From the NCBI GenBank assembly GCA_964387675.1, contig CAYLWL010000004.1, positions 1 to 61,814 on the forward strand: a stretch of 61,814 nt of DNA, given 5' to 3'. Under the pieces are notes generated by a model, which saw only the letters and a list, made by a program, of their open reading frames with translations, was not told the origin of the DNA and did not search any database. This DNA is from an uncultured Candidatus Saccharibacteria bacterium. Lineage in GTDB: Bacteria > Patescibacteriota > Minisyncoccia > UBA6257 > 2-01-FULL-56-20. The translations under genes and the position numbers were made by a program. Each line of letters begins with the position of its first letter. Position 1 is the stretch's first letter. Below, one piece after another: positions 9,142 through 17,892 of this stretch.

Positions 9142-10893
9142 TTATTTCAAAGATTTTAACATTTTTAACATCTCCTCTAATGGCCAAGCATTGACAACAT
9201 CTCTCCGCTTTGCCCAGCCGCGCCTTGCTTGAGCGACACCGTACTCGAGATACGCAAAATGAGTCGGCGAATGGGCGTCGGAGTCGATGGACATTTTCAC
9301 GCCGGATGCAACGCACTTTCTCACATATTCGTCTTTCAAATCGAGCCGGTCGGGATAGGCGTCAATCTCCATAACGGTGCCCGTCTTTTTTGCCGCCGAA
9401 ATCAATTCGTCCATGTTGACCTCATAGGCCTCGCGCTTATTGATAATCCGGCCGGTCGGATGAAACAGTATATCGACGTGCGGATTTTCCATCGCTTTCC
9501 TAATTCTCTTAGTTTGCGCTTCGCGGGGCAAATTGAAATACGAATGCACCGAAGCCCCCACGATATCGAGCTTCGACAAAATCCTGTCGGGCAAATCGAG
9601 CGAGCCGTCTTTCAAAATATCGCATTCGCTTCCTTTCAAAATTTTTATTTTGCCGGCGAATTTTCTGTTCAGCCGATCGATTTCCGCCATTTGTTTCAAA
9701 AGCCGTTTTTCGTCCAATCCGTGTGTCATAGCAAGCCGCTTGGTGTGGTCAGTGATCGCAATATAGGCGAGGCCATGTCTGATTGCGGCTCGTGCCATAT
9801 GTTCAATCGAATCGGATCCGTCGGTCCAGTTCGTCTGCACCTGGAGATCTCCCCTTAAATCACCATACGCTATAAGTTTGGGGAGTTTGTGGTTTTTAGC
9901 GGCTTCGATTTCTCCGGTATTCTCCCGCATTTCCGGCTCAACATAATCCAGCCCCAACGCTTTATAAATTTCTTCTTCGGTTTCTCCGGCAACTATTTGC
10001 TCTTTGCCCTTTGCTATTCGCCATAATCCGTACTCGTTCAATTTATATCCTTTTTTCATCGCTATCTGCCGCAAAGCGACGTTATGGCTTTTGGAGCCGG
10101 TAAAATAGCTCAAGGCCGCGCCGTACGATTCCGGAGCAACCACGCGCACATCGACATCAAACCCGGATTTCATTTTCACGGCGGACTTGGTGGCTCCGTG
10201 CGCCAACACGCGAACAACTCCGGGCATCTTGGTAAAACGATCTATAGCTTCCAAGGCCGCTCTTTTTTCCTTTACCGTAACCAGGATGTCGACGTCGCCG
10301 ATCGTTTCTTTCATCCTCCGCGTGGAGCCGGCGACGACCAGTTTATCAACCCCATGAATCCGCCGAAGCCGATCCGCGATGGCTCTGATCTCGGGCATCA
10401 CAAACCCCAACACGAACCGCCCTTCGGATTTTTTCATAAAGCCGATCCCTTTCAAAATATTTTCTTCGCTCTTCTTGCCGAAGCCCTCGAGCTTGCCGAT
10501 ACGCCCGGCGAGCGCCGCCTTCTCCAAATCCTTCAAGTCCTTAATCCTCAGCTTTTCGTAAAGTTTCTTGATGGACTTCGGCCCCAAACCCTCAATCCCG
10601 CGAAGCTCGGCAAGATTGACCGGGGTTTCCTTTTTCAGTTTCTCGTAGTATTTGAGGCGGCCGGTTTTTATAAGCTCTTCGATTTTTTCTGCAATGGAGA
10701 CACCGACACCGGGAATGTCTTCGACTGCTCGTATGCCTCCTTTACGGTAGATTTCTCCGGCTTCTTCTTCTAATCCCTCAATCACGCCGGCAACCTTTTC
10801 GTACGCCCGTGGCTTGAAGGGCACGTCTTGCATCTCAAGATACGCCGCAATTTCGTAGAGTATTTCGGCTATCTGTTTATTAGAAATCGGCAT
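9142..10893 (-). CDS. polX: DNA polymerase X / PHP 3'-5' exonuclease
   Basis: HhH motifs, GSTRR, GDVDIL, YFTGSK.HN, C-terminal PHP domain (ITDH, HPTGR, DSDAH). Confidence 0.95.
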   Translation of the reverse strand: MPISNKQIAEILYEIAAYLEMQDVPFKPRAYEKVAGVIEGLEEEAGEIYRKGGIRAVEDIPGVGVSIAEKIEELIKTGRLKYYEKLKKETPVNLAELRGIEGLGPKSIKKLYEKLRIKDLKDLEKAALAGRIGKLEGFGKKSEENILKGIGFMKKSEGRFVLGFVMPEIRAIADRLRRIHGVDKLVVAGSTRRMKETIGDVDILVTVKEKRAALEAIDRFTKMPGVVRVLAHGATKSAVKMKSGFDVDVRVVAPESYGAALSYFTGSKSHNVALRQIAMKKGYKLNEYGLWRIAKGKEQIVAGETEEEIYKALGLDYVEPEMRENTGEIEAAKNHKLPKLIAYGDLRGDLQVQTNWTDGSDSIEHMARAAIRHGLAYIAITDHTKRLAMTHGLDEKRLLKQMAEIDRLNRKFAGKIKILKGSECDILKDGSLDLPDRILSKLDIVGASVHSYFNLPREAQTKRIRKAMENPHVDILFHPTGRIINKREAYEVNMDELISAAKKTGTVMEIDAYPDRLDLKDEYVRKCVASGVKMSIDSDAHSPTHFAYLEYGVAQARRGWAKRRDVVNAWPLEEMLKMLKSLK

Positions 10894-10896
10894 AGA

Positions 10897-10995
10897 TCCA
10901 AATCAAAGATCAAAAGTCAAAATGAAAGATTGAAAATGAAAAAATACTTTGAATTTTGCATTGTCATTTTAATATTTGATTTTTGATTTTTAATC
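10897..10995. repeat. Mirrored heptamer-period tract (CAAARAT arm / ATTTTTG arm)
   Basis: A-rich 7-nt-period arm and complementary T-rich arm upstream of polX. Confidence 0.7.
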
Positions 10996-11004
10996 TTCCC
11001 TAGT

Positions 11005-11649
11005 TCACAACGTCTTGTGATCTTGAATCACGGGTTTCGCGGCAGCTGCCTTCGGCAACACAATATCCGGCACCATAATAAGGATGAGGGCCGAAACAGC
11101 GGATAAAACTCCGACCGAAACAAAAACCGCCGAGAATCCAAGCCAGCTCGCGACTATGCCCCCCACAAGACCGCTCACTCCTGTCGCGATTCCGATTGCG
11201 GTGCTGTCCAGCGCCCAGTCAAAAGAGACCCGATCTTTATCAAGATGTCGCGAAAAAATTGACTGCCAAGAAACCGCGTACAACGCCAACCCCGCGGCGT
11301 GCAGGGCTTCCACGATATACACTCCGCCAGCCGTTTGCACCAGAACGAAAGCGAAGGCGCTTAGAGACGCGATAATCAAGCCAACGATGAGGGCGTAAAA
11401 ATCGTCTTTTTCTCCGTCCGTCCGATCCAAAAAACTTGCCAACGGCAACTGGATTACGGACCTCGTAATCCAATAGGTGGCCGCAGCGATACCTACCGTG
11501 ACCAATGTGGCGCCCGGAATCTGTTGAACTATAAAAACGGAAAAAACGGGGGACATCATGCCCCAGCCGCTCCAGAAAACAAGGTCACTGATGATAAAGT
11601 ACTTCACCAGGCGATTCACTTTTATGTCGATATTGATGTGGATGCGCAT
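11005..11649 (-). CDS. Half-size MFS transporter (about 6 TM)
   Basis: 214 aa, hydrophobic helices, MFS-like LASFLDRTDG loop. Confidence 0.75.
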   Translation of the reverse strand: MRIHINIDIKVNRLVKYFIISDLVFWSGWGMMSPVFSVFIVQQIPGATLVTVGIAAATYWITRSVIQLPLASFLDRTDGEKDDFYALIVGLIIASLSAFAFVLVQTAGGVYIVEALHAAGLALYAVSWQSIFSRHLDKDRVSFDWALDSTAIGIATGVSGLVGGIVASWLGFSAVFVSVGVLSAVSALILIMVPDIVLPKAAAAKPVIQDHKTL

Positions 11650-11655
11650 ACTGAG

Positions 11656-11717
11656 TAGATATTAGAAATTAGAGATGAGAAATTAGGTCGTTAAACGTTC
11701 CTAATGTCTCATGTCTA
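11656..11717. repeat. Mirrored heptamer-period tract (AGAAATT arm / CTAATGT arm)
   Basis: tagatat tagaaat tagagat gagaaat tagg ... cctaatg tctcatg tcta. Confidence 0.65.
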
Positions 11718-11726
11718 TTTTCTTTT

Positions 11727-14249
11727 TTATCCTTCGACAAACTCGACTTCCTCGCCCACCACCTTTAATGTTATGCTACTCCCTCTCGAAACCTTCTGTC
11801 TCAAGATTTCTTCGGCAAGCGGGGCCCGCAATTTCTCATCGATCACTCGCCGCAGGGGCCTTGCCCCGAACGCCGGTTCATAACCCCACTTGGCAAATTG
11901 TTTGATGACCGACTCGTCGAACTTGAGTTCGATACCCTGGTTTTTGGCGAGCGAAGCCACGTCCTTTAAGTTTAACACCACGATCTTTTCCAGATCGGCG
12001 GGTTCGAGGTCTTTGAAAACCACCACTTTCGTGAATCGGTTCAGCAATTCCGGCCTGAAAACGTCTATCAGTTTTTTCTTGAGGTATTCGGCGATGCCCT
12101 TCATCGACTCACCTTGGCTTAGGGCCTGGTTGATAATATCCGAATGGGCATTCGAAGTTGCGATAATAATCGAGTTTTCGAAACTGGCAACGCGCCCCAG
12201 GTTGTCGGTCAGCCGCCCGTCGTCGAAAACCTGCAAAAACAAATTCAAAATGTCCGGGTACGCTTTTTCAAACTCGTCCAAAAGAACCAAACTGTACGGC
12301 TTCTGCAGCATTGCGTCGGTGAGGGCCCCCGAAACCGTTCCGTCCGGAGAACCGATGAATCGATAAAAACTCTGCTTGTCCTGGTATTCCGTCATATCGA
12401 ACCGGATCATTTCCCGCTCCGAACCGAACTGTATCTTCGCGAGAATTTTCGCGAGCTCCGTCTTTCCCACGCCGGTCGGCCCGACAAACAAGAAACTCGC
12501 GATGGGGCCGCCGGAGCGCGTAAGGCCGCTTCGATATTCCCGCAAAGAATCCGAGACGACGCGCACGGCTTCCTCTTGGTCGATGAGCCGCTCGTGAATC
12601 AACGCTTCGAGATTCAGCAACTTTTGCGCCTCTTCTCCTCTCGCTTCGTGGATGGGAACGTGCACTTTCTGTTCGGCAACGCTCTCAACGATTGCCGGCC
12701 CCAGAAACTTTTCTTCCCGCCGCTTGGTTTCCGTCAAGGCGCTTTTCAAGAGCTCTTCGGCGCTCGACGGCAAGAATTTGTTCCTGAAGTACTTTTTGGC
12801 CAAAAATACGGCTTTCTTCACAGCCCCGAAGCTGATCGTCACTCCGAATTGATTTTCTAGGAGCAAACTTTCGTATATCAGCACCTTCTTGGCGTCAAGC
12901 TCGGAAATCTCCTGCACCCGTATCACTTCGAACGCTCCCGAAAAGTCGCTTCTCGGCTCTATCCACTGTTTGAACTCGCGCGGATACGTCGCCCCGATCA
13001 CGGGAAAACTGTTGCTCATGATAATGGGCATCAGGGCGTCCGCGGCGGACAGATACGCCGTTCCCGACGTGCGAACCAAATTATGAATATTCGGCATGTA
13101 AAGGATCACGTTGCCCGCCACCAAAATTTCCTCGACGATCGTCTTGAGGCGCGCGTTCAACTCTTCGGGCGGCGCCCCGGCAACCAAACTTTCGAGTTCC
13201 AGAGCGACGAGGCGCTTGTCAAAAAGCGGCGGCGGGACTTCGTCTTTGGATAATCGGAAAGCCAGATGCGCCACCATCGTCTCTTTGCCGATGCCCGCCT
13301 CGCCCACCAAAAGAGCATTGGGGCTTATCGGCCGAGCCAATGTGTTCATCAGCAGATCGAACTCTTCCGTATGGCCAACCAGAAATCCGACTTCGTTTTG
13401 CCTCGCGAGATCCGTGAGGTCTTCCGCGTACCTGTCGAGCGTCGGAGTAGGCCGGGCCGTCCACGCCCGGTTCATAATCCGATGCCTCACGTTCGTTTGC
13501 GAACCCGACACAAAACCGCCGAGCGCTCTCGGTAGCTTTTTCATGAAACCCTGGCGCTTTACGGAACTGAAAATCAAAGCGAGTTCCAAATCGCCGATTT
13601 CTATGGAGAACGTATTCAGAACCCTTTCGATGGCGGGATCGCCCGCGGCGGCTAATCCGGAAAAAAGATCGCCGAGCTCGATACACTGGTGCTTGGCCTT
13701 CACGGCTTCCGCGAATGATTTGAGAACCAGAAGTTCGACGCTTGCCATCCTTTCTTGTTTGGAGAACATCTTCGAGGCATCGTTCGGTTTCAACAACTCT
13801 TCGATCTTTTGTCTGAATTCTTCCGGGGACACGTCGAGCCGCTTCAGCCCTTCGCTTATCTGGCGAAACGCGAGAAGTCCGCGGGCTACCTCGAGAAAAA
13901 AGTTCTGCCGTGGAATAAAAACGCTCCGGTCGAACGCCCGTTCAATGACGGAAAAAGACCTCGGCTTCACATACGCCGCCGCGTTGATCTTGCCGAACAA
14001 GGGCATTTCGGAGATCTGGCGATCCGCTTCGCTCCAATGTCTCGCTCGCTGGATCAAAAAGAGAACCAAGAGAACTCCTGTGGCGCGAAGCCACTCTACA
14101 TCCGTCACAAGAAACGTCGCGGCCGCCACGATCGTGACAAGATATCCGATATAGGCGGAGATTCTCACCAAAAGCCGGCCGGGAACCGTCATCCGCAAAC
14201 GCGGCTCGTCGAAATAGAATTCGCGGTCAGAAGAGGTGGCTTGCGGCAT
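11727..14249 (-). CDS. ClpA/B-type AAA+ ATPase with N-terminal TM segments and degenerate first AAA domain
   Basis: D1 Walker A GEAGIGKET, Walker B replaced by LYMPNIH; D2 GPTGVGKT, LLDEFEK, FRPELLNR, GARPLRR. Confidence 0.9.
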   Translation of the reverse strand: MPQATSSDREFYFDEPRLRMTVPGRLLVRISAYIGYLVTIVAAATFLVTDVEWLRATGVLLVLFLIQRARHWSEADRQISEMPLFGKINAAAYVKPRSFSVIERAFDRSVFIPRQNFFLEVARGLLAFRQISEGLKRLDVSPEEFRQKIEELLKPNDASKMFSKQERMASVELLVLKSFAEAVKAKHQCIELGDLFSGLAAAGDPAIERVLNTFSIEIGDLELALIFSSVKRQGFMKKLPRALGGFVSGSQTNVRHRIMNRAWTARPTPTLDRYAEDLTDLARQNEVGFLVGHTEEFDLLMNTLARPISPNALLVGEAGIGKETMVAHLAFRLSKDEVPPPLFDKRLVALELESLVAGAPPEELNARLKTIVEEILVAGNVILYMPNIHNLVRTSGTAYLSAADALMPIIMSNSFPVIGATYPREFKQWIEPRSDFSGAFEVIRVQEISELDAKKVLIYESLLLENQFGVTISFGAVKKAVFLAKKYFRNKFLPSSAEELLKSALTETKRREEKFLGPAIVESVAEQKVHVPIHEARGEEAQKLLNLEALIHERLIDQEEAVRVVSDSLREYRSGLTRSGGPIASFLFVGPTGVGKTELAKILAKIQFGSEREMIRFDMTEYQDKQSFYRFIGSPDGTVSGALTDAMLQKPYSLVLLDEFEKAYPDILNLFLQVFDDGRLTDNLGRVASFENSIIIATSNAHSDIINQALSQGESMKGIAEYLKKKLIDVFRPELLNRFTKVVVFKDLEPADLEKIVVLNLKDVASLAKNQGIELKFDESVIKQFAKWGYEPAFGARPLRRVIDEKLRAPLAEEILRQKVSRGSSITLKVVGEEVEFVEG

Positions 14250-14577
14250 AGATGATTAAAACGAGCGGGACGAGAAGCCACATCACGTAGACGATGAAAA
14301 ACACGACGGCGATAAAAAGATACACGGCGCCGCCGATGAGAATTCTGCCCGACCTGAACACCATCCCCAAAATTCTGCCCAAGAATGTGTAGTCCTTATA
14401 GAGCGGTTCGAAGAAGTGCTGAAGGGTGATCTTGATGGCGAACGTCCGGTCGAGACGCTCAAGAAACGATATAAAGGCGCGGGCGAGAACCCGGGAAGCG
14501 TGGAAATACCAGTGATGAAAAAAATCCGCCACGCGGTACAAAAAACGATTGACTATGTAAACCAAGGCGAAGTCCAT
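14227..14577 (-). CDS. Small membrane protein overlapping the Clp ATPase start
   Basis: ATG 14577 (MDFALV) lies 6 nt after a TATAAT; C-terminal TM hairpin; overlaps the Clp ORF by 23 nt. Confidence 0.75.
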   Translation of the reverse strand: MDFALVYIVNRFLYRVADFFHHWYFHASRVLARAFISFLERLDRTFAIKITLQHFFEPLYKDYTFLGRILGMVFRSGRILIGGAVYLFIAVVFFIVYVMWLLVPLVLIIYAASHLF

Positions 14578-14642
14578 AGGTTCATTATAACTGACCCTTA
14601 TAAAAGAAAGAAACGGCCCGTAGGAATACGGGCCTTGTTCTA

Positions 14643-16421
14643 TCAGAAAAATCTCCATGAGCCGTCAAGATAGGAATCCGCGACAAAACGCGCGCGTCCA
14701 ATGCAGTCCTTTGATTCATACTTGGTAAGTCTTCGTATCACCGACTGATACACCCTCAATTCATCCCCCTCCGCAAGCCGCCCGGCTACGTCGCGCGCTT
14801 CAATCGCTATCTTCTTTACGGCATCGTCCACCGCGATTTCCGCAATCCCCACCTCAACCTCGGCCGGCGCGCCGCGCGCTAGTTTCTTTCTTGTTCTCAC
14901 AAGACCGCTCTCCAGAGCAAACACATACATCGCGCAATTCATGATTTTCGCGAGCACTTCCTGCTCGTCGGGAAGCTGTTTGTGCCACTTTTGGACGCTT
15001 GCGCCCAAAAGGAGAACGGTCAGCTTCTTAAGGCCGAGAAGGGCCTCCCATTCCGGAGCAAGCGGATTTTCTTTTCCGAGTTCCGCAAGCGCGGGACCGC
15101 CGGTCAGTTCTTCAAAATATTTTTGGGCAGAAGCGAAGATTGGCAGGGTTCCTTTTTGGGTTTGATCCGAACGAATCATTCTGTCCGCCGCAAACAAACG
15201 GTTGATTTCGTTTGTTCCCTCAAAAATCCTGTTCACTCGCGCGTCGCGATAGGCGCGCGCCGGCGGCGATCCGTGTTCAAAACCCATGCCGCCGTAGATC
15301 TGCAAACACTCATCGATCACTTCATCGAGCATCTCCGAAGCGAAAACTTTGTTGATCGAGCATTCGGCGGCGTATTCGGCGACCGCCGCCATCACCGCCT
15401 TCGTGTCTTCCGTGTCAACTCCTTTAAGCGCGTCTTCCAGGAGCCCCGCGGTGCGATACAAGGCTGATTCGGCAAGCCATAGTTTCGCGATCATTGTCCC
15501 GAACTTATTTTTGATGAGCCCGAACGACGCGATCGGCTTTCCAAAAGCGACGCGCATCCTTGCGCGAACCGAGGTTGGAACAAGAAGCGCCTTCGCTCCG
15601 CCGACACAGCCGGCGGCAAGCTTGAGGCGTCCGAGATTCAAGATGTTGAGCGCTATCTTAAAACCTTCACCGACTTCGCCCAGAACATTTTCTTTCGGAA
15701 CGGGAGTGTTATCGAAAGTCAGCGGACACGTTGACGATCCGTGAAGTCCGAGCTTGTGTTCTTCGGGACCAATAACGAAACCGGGGGAACCTCTCTCGAC
15801 AAGAAACGCGGTAATTTTCTTGGGGTCGCCGTCGACTTTCGCGAAAACCGTGAAGAGATCGGCAAAGCCGGCGTTGGAAATCCAGATTTTTTCTCCGTTC
15901 AAGATATAGTGAGTCCCCTCCGGAGACAAAATCGCGTTCGCCTTTATCGCGGCGGCATCGGATCCGGCAGATGACTCGGTAAGCGCGTAGGCGCCCACGA
16001 GATCCGCCTGCGTCAGACGTTTGAGATATCTCTTCTTTTGCTCGGCATTTCCAAAAAATCTCAAAGGGAGCGTGCCGATGCCGATGTGAGCCGCAAAGGC
16101 GACCAAAAAGTAAGAAGAGGCGCCCAATTTTTCGCTAATAATCGCGGAGGCAATCTTGTCAAAATCCAAACCTCCCCATTCTTCCGGGATATCAGCGCCG
16201 AGAAGCCCCAGTTCGGCAGACCGCTTCAATAATCCCCTCACTACGTCAAACCGCTTCTCTTCAAATTGAAGTTCCTGAGGCAGAATTTCTCTATCAAGAA
16301 ACTCCCTGGTTGTCTGCGCAATAAGCCGATGATCCTCGGTAAAATCTTCCGGAGTAAAAACGTCTTCCGGCGAAGCCGATGAAATCAAAAAGGAACAGCC
16401 GGGAACTTTTACGGCATCCAT
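14643..16421 (-). CDS. Acyl-CoA dehydrogenase (long FadE-type)
   Basis: AYALTESSAGSDA, GEKIWISN, LNLGR, IFEGTNEINR. Confidence 0.92.
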   Translation of the reverse strand: MDAVKVPGCSFLISSASPEDVFTPEDFTEDHRLIAQTTREFLDREILPQELQFEEKRFDVVRGLLKRSAELGLLGADIPEEWGGLDFDKIASAIISEKLGASSYFLVAFAAHIGIGTLPLRFFGNAEQKKRYLKRLTQADLVGAYALTESSAGSDAAAIKANAILSPEGTHYILNGEKIWISNAGFADLFTVFAKVDGDPKKITAFLVERGSPGFVIGPEEHKLGLHGSSTCPLTFDNTPVPKENVLGEVGEGFKIALNILNLGRLKLAAGCVGGAKALLVPTSVRARMRVAFGKPIASFGLIKNKFGTMIAKLWLAESALYRTAGLLEDALKGVDTEDTKAVMAAVAEYAAECSINKVFASEMLDEVIDECLQIYGGMGFEHGSPPARAYRDARVNRIFEGTNEINRLFAADRMIRSDQTQKGTLPIFASAQKYFEELTGGPALAELGKENPLAPEWEALLGLKKLTVLLLGASVQKWHKQLPDEQEVLAKIMNCAMYVFALESGLVRTRKKLARGAPAEVEVGIAEIAVDDAVKKIAIEARDVAGRLAEGDELRVYQSVIRRLTKYESKDCIGRARFVADSYLDGSWRFF

Positions 16422-16478
16422 GGAAACCTCCGTTTTTCAATCCTTCTGCGGTTAATGTACCGCTTGTCGGGGCGGAGG

Positions 16479-17108
16479 TCAATAGAACAGCGACTGGCCT
16501 TTCTTGGGTTTTTTTGCGGCTTCTACTCGCTGGGGCAATGCTTCTTCCGTGAGCGAACTTCCGGTTTTAATTATCTGCGGCAGTTTGCGAAAACTTTCCC
16601 GCAACTGGTTTGTGACTTCCGTTGAGCGAAGCGCGGCCGCGGGATGGAAGAGCGGCACAATCAATCGTCCGCCAATTTTAAAAACCTTCCCCTGATCGCG
16701 GCTGATTTTCGCTTCGGGCAAAAAATAGTTCATCGCGAAGCGGCCGAGAGGAACAATAACTTTCGGACTAATAATTTCTATTTGCCGCGTGAGGTACGGC
16801 TTATATGATTCTATTTCTTCGGGGAACGGGTCTCTGTTCTCCGGCGGGCGGCGCTTCACGATATTCGTAATGTACACATCCTCGCGCTTCCAGCCGACTT
16901 CTTTCATTAATTGGTCGAGGAGCTGCCCTCCGCGGCCCACGAACGGGCGCCGCAATTCATTTTCATGAAATCCCGGCGCCTCGCCCACGAACATCACCAC
17001 GCAATCGGGACTCCCTTCACCGAAAACCAAACTCGATTCTTGGAGAGGCAAAGATTTGTCGGAGGCGATTTCCGATTCTAACTTCTTAAGTTTTGCGAGC
17101 TTATCCAT
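16479..17108 (-). CDS. udg: Family 4 uracil-DNA glycosylase
   Basis: GEAPG, RPFVGRGG, YITNIVK.RPP.NRDP, HPAA.LR. Confidence 0.93.
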   Translation of the reverse strand: MDKLAKLKKLESEIASDKSLPLQESSLVFGEGSPDCVVMFVGEAPGFHENELRRPFVGRGGQLLDQLMKEVGWKREDVYITNIVKRRPPENRDPFPEEIESYKPYLTRQIEIISPKVIVPLGRFAMNYFLPEAKISRDQGKVFKIGGRLIVPLFHPAAALRSTEVTNQLRESFRKLPQIIKTGSSLTEEALPQRVEAAKKPKKGQSLFY

Positions 17109-17295
17109 TAATCAAGTTATATTATACGAAATTCGGCTTGTCTTCGAAACAATAGTGACGCCACTATGCTATAGCATAGTACTATGACAGAGAGCATCGG
17201 CGGTGCGTGATACATGATAGGGAGTATAGATTTGTAATCAAAAGGTTCTCGTGTTAAAAAGAAAGGTAGAAGAACTTGAAATTTGGGGGTGAAGC

Positions 17296-17514
17296 TTGGC
17301 TCACGAAGCAAAGGTAGAAAAAACCGGAAAAACGGTGATCGTGCATCAAAAGTTACAGTCAGAGCCAATCGTCCTTGAGGACGTATTTAACTCATATGAA
17401 AAGGGGTCGTTTTTCTGTGTGATGATGGACGCTGATGGAAGGGTTACCTACAAATTCCCGATAGCAGACATCTGGCGCGTTACCGAAATCGGAAATCGCG
17501 TTTACGAGAATTAA
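17296..17514 (+). CDS. Small phage-like hypothetical protein
   Basis: 72-aa ORF with TTG start, coupled to the next ORF (1-nt gap), opposite strand to its neighbours. Confidence 0.6.
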   Translation: MAHEAKVEKTGKTVIVHQKLQSEPIVLEDVFNSYEKGSFFCVMMDADGRVTYKFPIADIWRVTEIGNRVYEN

Positions 17515-17515
17515 T

Positions 17516-17830
17516 ATGGAGAATAAACCTGCCATGCCAAAACTAACCCGCGAACAAGTACGCACGATTGTTGATGAAGAAGCGCGTTTTTCCGAAAAGT
17601 GGGATCGAGAGCGTCCGCCGGGAACCATCGCCGATGCCGACAAGCCAGTTGAAGTCTGGCTCGCGTGGATGATGGTATATCTACAGGAAGCGATGAAAGC
17701 GACCGTACTTGGCTATGACAAGACAGCCGCCCTTCACAATCTTCGTTGCGTCCTCAATCTCGGAGAAGCTTGTGCCCAGCACCACGGGCTACCTCAACGC
17801 ACTGAAGACGACAAGAAAGATATCTACTGA
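17516..17830 (+). CDS. All-alpha MazG-like nucleotide pyrophosphohydrolase (phage-type), tentative
   Basis: Helical pattern EE..F.EKW...PVEVWL..M..YL.EA...ALHNLRCV..LGEACAQHHG resembles short phage MazG-like proteins; recognised by eye only. Confidence 0.5.
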   Translation: MENKPAMPKLTREQVRTIVDEEARFSEKWDRERPPGTIADADKPVEVWLAWMMVYLQEAMKATVLGYDKTAALHNLRCVLNLGEACAQHHGLPQRTEDDKKDIY

Positions 17831-17892
17831 TTGCCTGCGACGTCTCGTCGCACAACGCTATCTCGATCGGCTGCCGCGCGGCAGCCGGTTTT

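Noticed and set aside
17296-17830. Prophage
   Set aside because: Only two small phage-like ORFs; no integrase, structural genes or att repeats in the window.
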